Position numbers and translations under genes: made by a program | Assembly (NCBI GenBank): GCA_030141605.1 | Contig: JAQGDQ010001112.1 | Location: forward strand, 1-62,095 | DNA length: 62,095 nt | Direction: 5' to 3' | Source of the DNA: Tubiluchus corallicola | Lineage: Eukaryota; Animalia; Priapulida | Notes under the pieces: generated by a model | Seen by the model: the letters and a program-made list of their open reading frames with translations, nothing else | What the model was told of the DNA's origin: nothing | Databases searched by the model: none | In this document: piece after piece, positions 36,801 through 51,148 of the stretch | Position numbering within the stretch: position 1 is the stretch's first letter | How the letters are laid out: every line of letters starts with the position of its first letter

Positions 36801-39800
36801 GCCTAGGCCCAGGCTGGGGACGTCTTGAACGACTAAACAACGGGTAAGCCTAGGTCCAGGCTGGGGACGTCTCGAACGACTAAACAACGGGTAAGCCTAG
36901 GCCCAGGCTGGGGACGTCTTGAACGACTAAACAACGGGTAAGCCTAGACCCAGGCTGGGGACGTGTTAAAAGACTAAACAACGGGTAAGCCTAGGTCCAG
37001 GCTGGGGACATCTTGAACAACTAAACAACGGGTAAGCCTAGGCCCAGGCTGGGGACGTCTTGAACAACTAAACAACGGGTAAGCCTAGGCCCAGGCTGGG
37101 GACGTCTTGAACAACTAAACAACGGGTAAGCCTAGGTCCAGGTTGGGGACGTCTTGAAAGACTAAACAACGGGTAAGCCTAGACCCAGGTTGGGGACGTC
37201 TTGAACGACTAAACAACGGGTAAGCCTAGACCCAGGCTGGGGACGTCTTGAACAACTAAACAACGGGTAAGCCTAGGCCCAGGCTGGGGACGTCTTGAAC
37301 AACTAAACAACGGGTAAGCCTAGGCCCAGGCTGGGGACGTCTTGAACGATTAAACAACCGGTAAGCCTAGGCCCAGGCTGGGGACGTCTTGAACAACTAA
37401 ACAACGGGTAAGCCTAGGCCCAGGCTGGGGACGTCTTGAACGACTAAACAACGGGTAAGCCTAGACCCAGGTTGGGGACGTCTTGAACGACTAAACAACG
37501 GGTAAGCCTAGACCCAGGCTGGGGACGTCTTGAACGACTAAACAACGGGTAAGCCTAGACCCAGGCTGGGGACGTCTTGAACGACTAAACAACGGGTGAG
37601 CCTAGACCCAGGCTGGGGACGTCTTGAACGACTAAACAACGGGAAAGCCTAGGCCCAGGCTGGGGACGTCTTGAACGACTAAACAACGGGTGAGCCTAGA
37701 CCCAGGCTGGGGACGTCTTGAACGACTAAACAACGGGAAAGCCTAGGCCCAGGCTGGGGACGTCTTGAACGACTAAACAACGGGTGAGCCTAGACCCAGG
37801 CTGGGACAGTACATACACTTAACAACCTAAATACTTACATCTCTGAGCACCCATTCGTATCCTTCGTGAGCATCAATCTTTCTGCAAAGATACCTGCAAA
37901 TACATATTTAAACAATGATTTAATTTTAAGCACAAGACAACACCCTGAATAAATAAAGCTTTAAAAATTCTTGAAATTTTATATGCTGTCTTACAAAACT
38001 GTCTTACTGGTGTCTTACTGCATAGAAAACTTGTTGTTAAGAGTAACATACAACTTGTAAATACAAATTCCTACGATGACCAATAGGCGATATTCATTTT
38101 GACGGTAAGGCGTTTGAAACAAGTTTAGAAAACATTGCATAAAATTAGAAGACATATTCGCAGCATTCTAGCACACTCGTCACTAACCAAGCAATGGCAT
38201 AAATTACATTATCCTGTCAATAAGATCACTAATAGACTACGGCCAAATCACTTTGAAAACACCGTTCCCGAAGATAAGCAACGTAGAGCCTGGTTAGTAC
38301 TTGGATGGGACACCGCCTAGGAATACCAGGTGCTGTAGGCTTGCGGGATGCCCACGCTGTATCTCGGCACTAGGCGGAGGAGCTGTACAAGCAGCCAACG
38401 ACTAGAGGGCGGAGGAGGTCAAGTGATCCAACGGTCATGTGTAGAGGAGTAAACCTTCCAAATCAGGAGTGGAGTCCCGAAGGCGGACCAGTGCAGCATG
38501 CTCACTGACTCCGGCAGCTCCTGCAGCCAACCTGATGCCAAACGTATCGCTCCGCTTTCCTTAGGACTACACCAGGGAGGAAGAGAGGGGGTTCCTGTTG
38601 TCTGGGCAACTCAGGATCTCCATACACCTTGCCCAGGCGTGCGCCCTGGAGACTCCAGTGGTTCAAGGATCGGATTGCTCAGCCACAGTCGACGCTGCAG
38701 CTCCATCAATGTGATCAATAACTGACTCTCTTGGCGCACACTCCATTGTCTTCCGAGACAGAAGGATGCCAACCAAGATCACTAATGTATTTTGGTGAAT
38801 CAGTGGTGCACGCTGGGATGGCGATGCAGTGCTGTTCCAATTAAATAAATCTTTCAAACACCTAAACGTAATGATAACTTTTCATGGAAAAAAATTTGTG
38901 ATATTCTTTTAAATTATGTTTTCTTCCACTTTAAACACTAAACGAAATAATGACGGGTAAAGACAGCTCTGCTTACAAAAAGCTCTTTCAGTTTGATTAA
39001 ATCTACCAGTGTATCAGTACACCAGAAAATCCCAGTTTCAATAAACAAAAATCTATGAAAGTAATTAAACTTACTGAGTCAATTCCATTAGACGATCTAT
39101 TTGTACTTCATAACCTATTTCACCCTAAAACATACCAAAACATGTATGTAAATAAACTATTAAAATAGCAATTAAAAGGGAGCATCATTTAAATTTTACC
39201 TATGCGAATAAACATAAGGTTTAATTATTATTTAGTTACATACACAGGGGTGTATTAACCAATAGGATAATAGATTATAGTCTAGGCCGACAAAATTTAA
39301 GGAGCGTTAAATTTTGGAAAAAATTCTTATTCTCATCGCAAATGTATATACTTTCATATTCATGTAAAGGGCGCATTTTATAACACACCACAGGCAGTTA
39401 CTGAGAGCAGCTTTTATACAAGTGCCACATAACGAACAGGTGCAAGGTATTACACGACAAACATTTGCGTAACCTGCGTTGAATATAAGCGCTATGCAAA
39501 CGCATGTAACTAATAATGACCACGTGGAAACTAGGTTAATAGTGTTTCTAATACGCCACAAGTAATTGTTTAACGGGAGCAGTTTGATACAAGTGCCACA
39601 TGACTAACAGGTGCAAGGTATTACACGACAAGCATTTGCGTAACCTGCTTCAATATAAGCGCTATGCAAATGCATGTAACTAATAATGACCACGTGAAAC
39701 TAGGTTAATAGTGTTTCTAATACACCACAAATAATTGTATAACCTGCTCATTACATAAACAGCCATAAATTTACAATAGAGATGGGCGGGACAGAACTAC

Positions 39801-40647
39801 CAGCCTAGGGTGCTCTGAAGTCTTAACACGCCCCTGTTTATACATGTACTATCACTTTTACCTTGGAGCGCCACATCAACCACAATTTGAAAATGTCGTT
39901 GTGACGTCCGCATTGTATCACTTTATCACCAGTATCATACGTGACGTCATACGGTTTGTCTTGTTGGAAAAGATAGTCAGCACACATGCAGTTGCATTCA
40001 ATTAATAGTCCCTGCAAATAGTAGAAATGGCAAACATTCTTTATAAATACAGTTTAGCACACAAGAATCCAGTCCAAGTTCCGGTTCATATCGCCCATAT
40101 AAAGCTGTAGCAAGACAGGAATCTAGTTCATTTTACCATTTTACAAAATACACTGAATCAGGAGAAATTTCTCAGTCGTGTTTGGGTACGCATGTATCAG
40201 GAAAAAGAAAGAAAGTCCTAACTGGGCACTCTCCTGTCAGTCACCAATCCTTAATTACTAAACAGGCTCGGTGATGCTTAACTTCGTATGTAATCACACA
40301 CCGTGGCAACTCGGCTATTTCTCCCGCCTCCAATGTCCCGATAACTTTAGAAATTAACGTGACTCTTATTTAGAAGTTTTTCGAATGTTGATATTTAAAC
40401 TATTCTATTAAGTTTACAATAAAATATCTGATATTTCAAAGTGAAACTTGCACATCATGGATACGCACCTCATGTCTAATAAGCAACGCTGAACATTGAA
40501 GAAGAGCTCCCATTAACTTGTGAGCATTCCACGTTATTGAATCCGCCCTAAATATCAGAACATAGAACGGTCTTGTTTTAAATAATGCTTTGATTTTGTA
40601 TCAACAATTACATTTTTTTACAGGAATAGGTCCAAGTGTGTGTGTGT

Positions 40648-40693
<46 letters not shown>

Positions 40694-40772
40694 GCGTGTG
40701 CGTGTGTGTGTGTGTGCATGTGCGTGTGTGCGTGCGCATGTGTGTCTGTGTGTGATGTGCTGTGTATGTGTG

Positions 40773-40863
<91 letters not shown>

Positions 40864-41049
40864 ATGTGCGTGTGTGCGTGCGCGTGTGTGTCTGTGTGTG
40901 CATGTGCGTGTGTATGTGTGCGTGTCTGTGTGTGTGTGTGTGCGCGTGTACGTGTGTGAGTCTGTGTGTGTGTGTGTGTGTGTGTGCGTGTGCGTGTGCG
41001 TGTGCGTGTGCGTGTGCGTGTGCGTGTGCGTGTGCGTGTGCGTGTGCGT

Positions 41050-41097
<48 letters not shown>

Positions 41098-41202
41098 ATG
41101 TGCGTGTGTGCGTGCGCGTGTGTGTCTGTGTGTGCATGTGCGTGTGTATGTGTGCGTGTCTGTGTGTGTGTGTGTGTGTGTGCGCGTGTACGTGTGTGAG
41201 TC

Positions 41203-41233
<31 letters not shown>

Positions 41234-41279
41234 GCGTGTGCGTGTGCGTGTGCGTGTGCGTGTGCGTGTGCGTGTGCGT

Positions 41280-41326
<47 letters not shown>

Positions 41327-44300
41327 CTTCTATTCGCATATCTTACAACATGCAATTAAAATCAGTAACAAAACAAACAACAGGAAATAAGAGCAGACAT
41401 GTATTTACAAACGCACATTACGAATACATATTTACAAATTATTCATTCAATAGGGTTAGTAACCTTCGATCAATTTCATCAGTTGTAAAACCAGCAATTA
41501 CTTATTCCTTAGAATGATAAGATCAGTAAAGTGCCTGTGTTAATTTATCTAAATCCTTATAATATCCCATTCTTTTAAATGCTGCAGTAGACATGAATAA
41601 TCTGTTTTTACCAAGTATCGAGAAGCTTGAGTATTTTTTCAATATTGATAAGGCTTTAAGTACACAGCTATCTGCATCATTCACAGTGTTAGTAAGTTTA
41701 ACAACAGAGCACTTCGCAATCAATTTTTCAAACGGTACTGTTTCAGCTGTACATAGATTCATACTGGAATGACTGTATTTAGGTAAGGAGAGAATGCGCC
41801 TTAACACACTTTACGAAATTCAACAGCTAAATTATAGACTGCACTGAGTAAAGAGGACCTGTTAAACTATGATAAAAGTGTTAATTATGTTAATGAATGC
41901 TGGTATGAAGCCCAGTTAAGGCGTGGTGTCACGTGAGTAAGTGATTCAGAATCGAGGCGTCGAAGCTCGGCGCAAGATATATAAGCCTTGTGATGCGTCC
42001 AGCTCAGGGGATTGAGTCTGGGAGCATAAGGAGAGCAAGCTAGATCAGGGGGCTTGGCATTACTATCTGTTATATTTATTGTGTTTGATGTTTAATAAAC
42101 GTGTAGTTTTATAATCAGACTCTTCATAGTTTTGCCATCCCTAAAACACCAATAATCAGCTACACACAACCAATAACGAACTATTTTTACTATGACTATT
42201 TTTAGGTAAAGAGTGAATGCGTCTTAACACACTTTACGAAATTCAACATCTAAAATATAGACTGCACTATCACTGACGCTCATGCTTTAACCGTTTCAGT
42301 CCCAATTTTTTTTTAATAAGAAAAAATTTTTTGGCTTGGTACATTTCTTCCCAATTTATCCCGTGGGATACACAGCATTCTTTCTCATATGCAAAAAAAC
42401 AAAGTCCGACTTTTTTAAAAACACAACAAAAGCATAAAATGTGCTTCATTTTGCAAATGCTGATAATTTTTTAAAGTATTTAAGACATTTAGTTATGCAC
42501 GCTATGCTGATCTGTACAAAGTGTCTCTAAAGTACTGTACCTTGCACAGTTTTTTATGCTATGTAGATTTTCTAGTTTGCCATTTTATCACCATTTTTAG
42601 TCTATTGTTATTGGCTTAAATCAAAATAACTATTAACAGATCAAATAAATGTCAGTTTTAAAATTTTATTAAATTTAAAGGCAGAAAATATTCTCGTATC
42701 CCACGGGATACAACGGGTATGAAAGGGTTAAGAGAAACTCTTGCTCTGATTCATTATATCAACTGTCTATTGTCTATCAATTATAGCAAAATAACTACAA
42801 AACTGGACTATCCCAGTAAAGTTTCTAACCTTGCCTGCTTAAAAATCTCCATTAGCCAACACACAATATCGCTTCAGACTAACTAACTAACTAACTGAGG
42901 TTCTTCTCTAAAAGATTAGCAGAAGACGGCAGGTTTTCGTTACAAAAACTACAGCTATAGTTACATCTTCGTTAAGTAATTTCATTACCTTTCAATGCCA
43001 GCCAATTTATGTTTATAAACTTTAGAGAGGAGTAAACCGCCGCCCCATGCTGCCTGCAAAAAAATTTTCTGTTAACGAAAGGTAACAATAATGGATATGA
43101 AATGGTAATAATAATGGATATTAAACGTAACTTTGCTCACAACTATTTACTTTTAGATTCACAAAATGTTTCGCGAAACTAAAGATTGCACTTTTTACTT
43201 TCGTCAACGTGGAACGAGTGATTGTACTTTTTGTAGATTGTTTTGCTTGCATCATCGTAAAACCAAGAAGTGTGCTTTTTGCTTACGTCAATATAGAACC
43301 AAAGATTGTACATTTGCAAGCTGCTTTGCATACTTCAACGTGAAACCAAAGATTGTATTTTTTGCACAATGTTTCATTCTTTTACTTAGGTCAACGTGAC
43401 TTTTGTTTACATCAAAGTAAAAACAGATATTGTACTGTTTAAAGATTGCTTTACTTACGTCAACGTGAAACCAAAGATTGTACTTTTTGCAAGTCGCTTT
43501 GCATACTTCAACGTGAAATCAAAGATTGTATTTTTTGCACAGTGTTTCGTTTTTTTACTTAGGTCAACATGACTTTTGTTTACATCAAAGTGAAAACAGA
43601 TATTGTACTGTTTAAAGATTGCTTTACTTATGTCAACGTGAAACCACAGATTGTACTTTTTGCAAGTTGCTTTGCATACTTCAACGTGAAACCAAAGATT
43701 GCATTTTTTGCACAGTGTTTGATTGTTTTACTTAGGTCAACGTGACTTTTGTTTACATTAAAGTGAAAACAGATATTGTACTGTTTAAAGGTTGCTTTAC
43801 TTACGTCAACGTGAAACCAAAGATTGTACTTTTTACAAATGTCTGCCATTTCATTAATAGGGTCAAAAGCGCCGTAGACGGTGGTGCCAGCTGTTGCGCA
43901 AACGAAGAAGGGCGTCTTACCACGCCGTTTTGATTCCTTGATTTGATATTCTAAGTCATCCATGCGCATTCTACCCCTGCAAAGAATTTTTGACGTATTT
44001 AGATTGAAGCATCAAAACACCTAAGTTACATTACACGTAGAATCATAGAAGAACTCGTAAATAGTAGGCCTTGGCCAATCGTAGGTTATAATGAGATGAG
44101 ATGTGATGAACTTTATTTCGGGTAAAATCCATCAACACACTTATATACGACTGAAAGTTTTAGTTTTTAAGCGAAACTGAATAGTTTTATTTATTTGTCT
44201 GTGACAAAAGCAACTTGTAGTTACGTGTTTTTAAAATCAACGTAAAATTGTTGCTTATCTTATCTTATCTTGTCCTGTCCTGTCCTGTCCTGTCCTGTCC

Positions 44301-45716
44301 TGTCCTGTCCTGTCCTGTCCTGTCCTGTCCTGTCCTGTCCTATCCTATCCTATCCTATCCTATCCTATCCTATCTTATCTCATCTCATCTCATCTCATCT
44401 CATCTCATCTCACCTCACCTCACCTCACCTCACCTCACCTTACTTCACCTTACCTTGCGTCACCTTATCTCACCTTACCTTACCTCACCTTACCCCATTT
44501 TACTTCACCTCACCTTACCTTACCTTACCTTACCTTACCTTACCTTACCTCACCTCACCTTATCTTACCTTACCTTACCTTTATCTTAAACTGCTACATA
44601 TGTACAATAAAAACTACTACGCCACCCGTAGTAAATATTACGTGTTATCAAATATTAAATACTACAAATATTATTACTACAAAATGATGTTCAGATTTAA
44701 AAAATGTGTAAAATGCATGTTCAAAGATGTAAAAGTTATAATAAATTTTGATAAAAGGATACAATTTCAGTTAAAAACTTCATTATCAAACTCTTGTGAA
44801 TTTCAACGAGCCGCATCTTTCGACTGTAAATATCTTTCCATAAAACAACGTCAAAATACGTCACCTCGAGTTCAAGTCACGTGCTTCTGGCAGAGCAGTC
44901 GAAAGATTTGCTTAAAAAGTAAGCGTTGTCCTTTATTATAGGCGACTTTTATGAGTTTAAGATCATAATAGTAAAAGCTGTGCCAAAGCGCTGAACACTC
45001 CAACAAATGTTAAATTAAAATGTTCAACAAATATCTGTTGAACAATCTGTTCATAGGAATGTGTGGAATGCTCTAATAAATGTTGATACCTGAATGCTTA
45101 CAATATGTGGAATGAGATTTTGAAAAGAGTAATGAACAATAAAATTTACACACGTCTACGGCCATATCACGTTGAAAACACCGGTTCTCGTCTGATCACC
45201 GAAGTTAAGCAACGAAGAGTCTGGTTAGTACTTGGATGGGAGGCTGCCTAGGAATACCAGGAGCTGTAGGCTTGCGGGAGATGCCCACACTGTATCTCGA
45301 CACTAGGCGGAGGAGCTGTACAAGCAGCCAACGGCTAGAGGGCGGAGGAGGTCAAGGGACCCAACGGCCATGTGTAGATGAGTAAACCTTCCAAATCAGG
45401 AGTGGAGCCCCGAAGGCGGACCAGTGCAGCATGTTCACTGACTCTGGCAGCTCCTGCAGCCAACCTGGTACCAAACGTATCGCTCCGCTTTCCTTTGGAC
45501 TACACCAGGGAGGAAGAGAGGGGGTTCCTGTTGTCTGGGCAACTCAGGATCTCCATACACCTTGCCCAGGCATGCGCCCTAGAGACGTTCAAGGATCGCA
45601 CTGCTCAGCCACAGTCGACGCTGCAGCTCCATCAATGTGATCAATAACTGACGTCTCCAGTGTGATAACTAACTGACGTGCGCACACTCCATTGTCTTTC
45701 GAGACAGAAGGATGCC

Positions 45717-45768
<52 letters not shown>

Positions 45769-48700
45769 CACTGAGACATAGATAACATGACAAAGATGCT
45801 ACAGTATTTATCATACCTTTCATCAATGGCTACCAATACAACATTTTCTGTACCAATACCCATTGTTGCTGCAGCTCCCAGTGTTGAGTAGTGACTCTAA
45901 AATATAACAGAAAAACAATGCTAAACAATTATTGCATGAACAAGCAGCTGTGATTTATGTTACGAATACGAAAGCCGTGAAAACGAAATAGCAACATATC
46001 AAGTATGAGACAACTGTATCACAGGTAGAAGCAAATGAAATAACTAATTAGTACAAAGATAGCTTGGGAGCCCAAGGCTCAAAAAATTGGTTTCTTTCGC
46101 TTTCGGGTTCCCAGTTTTTACCTATATCATATGACAGAGGGGATCTTTGTGCTAGTGCGTGGGTGGCAGCAATAATTTTCAAGCGGGTCTTGTAGGTCGT
46201 ACGGGTTCATTTGTGAGACCACCCCTGAAAACACAGGGTAATACTGTTTGCTTCTTAGCCCACAGCTCAAACAACGTGGTGTTTGGCTGTTGTGCGCATG
46301 CGGCCATGCGCACATATGTCTGAGATAAGACGCTACACTTTAGGTAGAAAAAGTACTGTCGCTCACGCAGTGCGTGTTGACAGTTGTGACGTGTTTAAAA
46401 GTTGTGTACCGGCTTATTATTGAATTGCGACAATTTAGGTTATTCGTAAGCAAATGATATTTTTTGTTTGGGATTTTATCAAGTTTATGTATAAATTTTC
46501 GTACGTTTAAATTGTTTAAAATTACAATTACAACATTAAAATTACATAATATGTTTGTTACGTTTTACCCATCATTAAAACAATGGCTAAACATTTTCTA
46601 AAGCAGCACCCCCAGTAATTTTAGCTATGAACTTCCACTGGAACAAATTAATATAAACCGAACTACTTTTGAGAGAATTACTCACATGTTCTGACGTAAA
46701 AGCGACCAGCGGAGGAATACAGTGCATTCCTTTTGTCTTTGCTTCGGGGAAAAATTTAAATCTAGCAGCCATGCAGGCGTACATGTTTGAAATTGCCCCG
46801 CCTGAAACATAGAGAGTGACAAAATTATTAGACATTAATGAAGAATCAACTTTCAAGTTTGCTTAACTAGAATCGGGCGCTAATGACAACTTTAATTAAA
46901 ATAGGTTGCTAAAATCGATTTCTGTGTTGTGTGCAAATTGACACGCTACAGTTTGTAAGAACAGAACAAAAAAACTGACGTAAAATTTAATGTGAGAACA
47001 AAAAAATTACGTAAAATTTAATGTGTGAACAAAAAAATTACGTAAAATTTAATGTGAGAACAAAAAAATTACGTACAATTTAATGTGATAACAAAAAAAT
47101 TGCGTTAAATTTAATGTGAGAACAAAAAAATACGTTAAATTAAATGTGAGAACAAAAAAATTATGTAAAATTTAATGTGAGAACAAAAGAATTACGTAAA
47201 ATTTAATGTGAGAACAAAAAAATTACGTAAAATTTAATGTAAGAAGAAAAAAAATTACGTAAAATTTAATGTGAGAACTAAAAAAAATTACGTAAAATTT
47301 AATGTGAGAACAAAAAAATGACGTAAAATTTAATGTGAGGACAAAAAAATGACGTAAAATTTAATGTGAGAACAAAAAAATTACGTAAAATTTAGTGTGA
47401 GAACAAAAAAATTACGTAAAATTTAATGTGAGAACAAAAAAATTACGTAAAATTTAATGTGAGAACAAAAAAAATACGTTAAATTTAATGTGAGAACAAA
47501 AAAATTACGTAAAATTTAATGTGAGAACAAAAAATACGTAAAATTTAATGTGAGAACAAAAAAATTACGTAAAATTTAATGTGAGAACAAAAAAATTACG
47601 TAAAATTTAATGTGAGAACAAAAAAATTACGTAAAATTTAATGTGAGAACAAAAAAATTACGTAAAATTTAATGTGAGAACAAAAAAATTACGTTAAATT
47701 TAATGTGAGAACAAAAAAATTACGTAAAATTTAATGTGAGAACAAAAAAATTACGTAAAATTTAATGTGAGAACAAAAAAATTACGTAAAATTTAATGTG
47801 AGAACAAAAAAATTACGTAAAATTTAATGTGAGAACAAAAAAATTACGTAAAATTTAATGTGAGAACAAAAAAATTACGTAAAATTTAATGTGAGAACAA
47901 AAAATACGTAAAATTTAATGTGAGAACAAAAAAATTACGTAAAATTTAGAACAAAAAAATTACGTAAAATTTAATGTGAGAACAAATAAATTACGTAAAA
48001 GTTAGAACAAAAAAATTACGTAAAATTTAGAACAAAAAAAATTACGTAAAACTTAATGTGAGAACAAAAATTACGTAAAATTTAATGTGAGAACAAAAAA
48101 ATTACGTAAAATTTAATGTGAGAAATGTGACAACGAAAAACAGTTTTAGTAACGCTTGATTTTTTTGCTTTTGACCAAACCCACAATAACTCAAATTTGT
48201 ACATCTTTTTCTTCCTTCAGTAGTAGTCAGTAATTAGTAATTAATGTTTAAAAGGTTTCAGCTTATATGTACATGTTGTTTCGAAATAAATGGGTAAATT
48301 AGTAGGTTGGTTTGCTATGATGTGTCTCAAGTCCTGAGATTTGACACGCCGATGTTCTGTGACTTCCTCTGAAATCCCACCCCGATTTTGAGAAAGTGAC
48401 AAACAGTCGATTGTAGTTGATCAACTTTCGGCTCCAATCAGACCCGACATGGAGAAAAGTTAATCATTGAGTTATTGACTCTCACATTCTGTTATATTTA
48501 AATAAATCGTAACCATTGTGCTTTTTTTATCAACGAGCATTAATACTTCAGTGATATAGTATCGACAACCGTCTGCATATGTAAATACAAAAAGAAGTAG
48601 TTCAACCACAATTGAACGCGTGCCATTTGAGTCCACCTAAAAATTGAACACATACATTGCTTTACGTTTCTTCTTAGCTTAGTAGAAATCAGTTTATTTG

Positions 48701-49309
48701 TAGAAATTATAGATAAATTTAATGGTAAATTTATAGCTAATTAATTATTTAAATATTTCAGCAAATACGCGTCATAAATGGTTAATTAACTAGATCTTCG
48801 CCTATTGAGTTTGAAAGGATGATAAGCAGCTTATTCTAGTTAGACTTCCATTATGCTTTCGCTTGCTTATGTCTAAGAATTATGCTTGTGTTATAAAGTA
48901 TATTTCAGTTGCCATTGTTATTATGTTCTGTTGTCAGATTTTTATTTCAGTTCTTATTTCAGTTCAGTTTTATTTCAGTTCTTGTTTCAGTCCTTATTTC
49001 AGTTATTTTCAGTTTGATTTTTTTATCATGCACTTATTATTACTGTGTATGAATTGTACTAACACGTTATAAGCATATCAATTTTATGTCATTCGTAACA
49101 ATTAAATTTTTATTATAAGCAGTACTAACACTAACACACTGTAGCATAGCGCCTTTAAAAAATGTTCATCACTAACCAAAGGGCAGCTGACTAGATGACC
49201 CCAATTGGTCTTTCGCTGCCCGTTCTTCACATTTCTGTTTCCAAATTAATTGTATTATAACTGTTCGTGCGTTGCAAGATAAATAAAAAAGATTATTATT
49301 ATTATTATA

Positions 49310-49344
<35 letters not shown>

Positions 49345-49525
49345 TACGATTACTATTATTATTATTATTATTACTATTATTATTATTACTATTACTATTA
49401 CTATTACTATTACTATTACTATTACTATTACTATTACTATTACTATTACTATTACTATTACTATTACTATTACTATTACTATTACTATTACTATTACTAT
49501 TACTATTACTATTACTATTATTATT

Positions 49526-49557
<32 letters not shown>

Positions 49558-50559
49558 TATTATAGAACTACTTCACACTTTTATTCACATTTTACGTAAA
49601 TGAATTCATGAGCAGCTAAAGAGTTAAGGAATTATTGCTCGGATTCGAATCTAAACTCGACGTTTGTCGACTCACCAGGGTTGAAAATGCCGTCACCAAA
49701 CGACCATCCGATGATTTCTCGCATTTTTCTCAGAACGTAATGCTCCATCAGTATAAACACTGGCGCTATCTCGTATGTAAACCTTAAACAGTAAGTAACC
49801 ATGTGCTATTAATACAGACAGCATAGTAAAACCCCGATGAAAAATTACTAGAAGTTTTTGTGGAATTACTTGGGAGTATTTCACTTATCTGCTGCTTACA
49901 GTTGGTCAATGGTGCGTGCGCTGTGTGCGTAAGCGTGCGTAAATATGCGTAAGCGTGCAAGCAAAACAGAAAAACTGAATATCAATGATAGATTTTGTCG
50001 AAATTGGAGTTTATAAAATGACAGAGGATAATAAGTGCACGATAAATGTGCAAGTTGGCTTTAGATGTTCGATGATTCTGCAGCTACAGGAAGTATAATT
50101 GTTTTGGATATAAGCACGTGGTGCCTCCTTGTGTTTGTTTTTTGCAAATTTAGGCTGTTGATAGACAGGTGAGCTAGGACAGGAAATAGGCCATTGGCCT
50201 CATTTTGCAGACAGGATAGGAAAGAAGTCATTCTTGTTCAGTACGTCGTGTCGTTTTATAACAAAATTTTGTCAGTCGAGTTCTCTTTAGCAAGTTAGTA
50301 AGATGCGGCAAAGATGTAAGTTTGATTTCTTCATATTTCATAATATTATTACACATTTTCATTATAGCAGTTAATTATCCTTTTGACATTGGATTAGCAG
50401 AAAATGTTTTTATTTGCTTCAGATAAAACGAAGTCGAGTCGCTCATAATATGTCAGTCAGTCAGTCAGTCAGTCAGTCAGTCAGTCAGTCAGTCAGTCAG
50501 TCAGTCAGTCAGTCAGTCAGTCAGTCAGTCAGTCAGTCAGTCAGTCAGTCAGTCAGTCA

Positions 50560-50602
<43 letters not shown>

Positions 50603-51032
50603 AGTCAGTCAGTCAGTCAGTCAGTCAGTCAGTCAGTCAGTCAGTCAGTCAGTCAGAGATGTCATGATGTGATAGTGATTTTACGATGATTGCCCATTTT
50701 GAACAATAAAAAATCATAAATTACATCTAAAAGACTGTTGGACTTGTATTTAGTGCATGTCGCGCACAATAATAATTTACTAGAATTATTTGTGCAGTTA
50801 CTAAAATGATCGATTAGTAATTGAAGCTTAATGAATGTGAGTCAGCTAATATTCATTCTCATAAGCGTGGCTCGTTCTCACGCAAAATCTTTATTTGAGT
50901 TATAAGAAATTGCATATCACAAATGTTAAAAATACACATCTGTGAGAGACTACAACTTCATTACTATTTGCTTGCTTGCTTGCTTACTTACTTACTTGGT
51001 TACTTACTTACTTACTTACTTACTGACTGACT

Positions 51033-51083
<51 letters not shown>

Positions 51084-51109
51084 TGACTGACTGACTGACT
51101 GACTGACTG

Positions 51110-51148
<39 letters not shown>
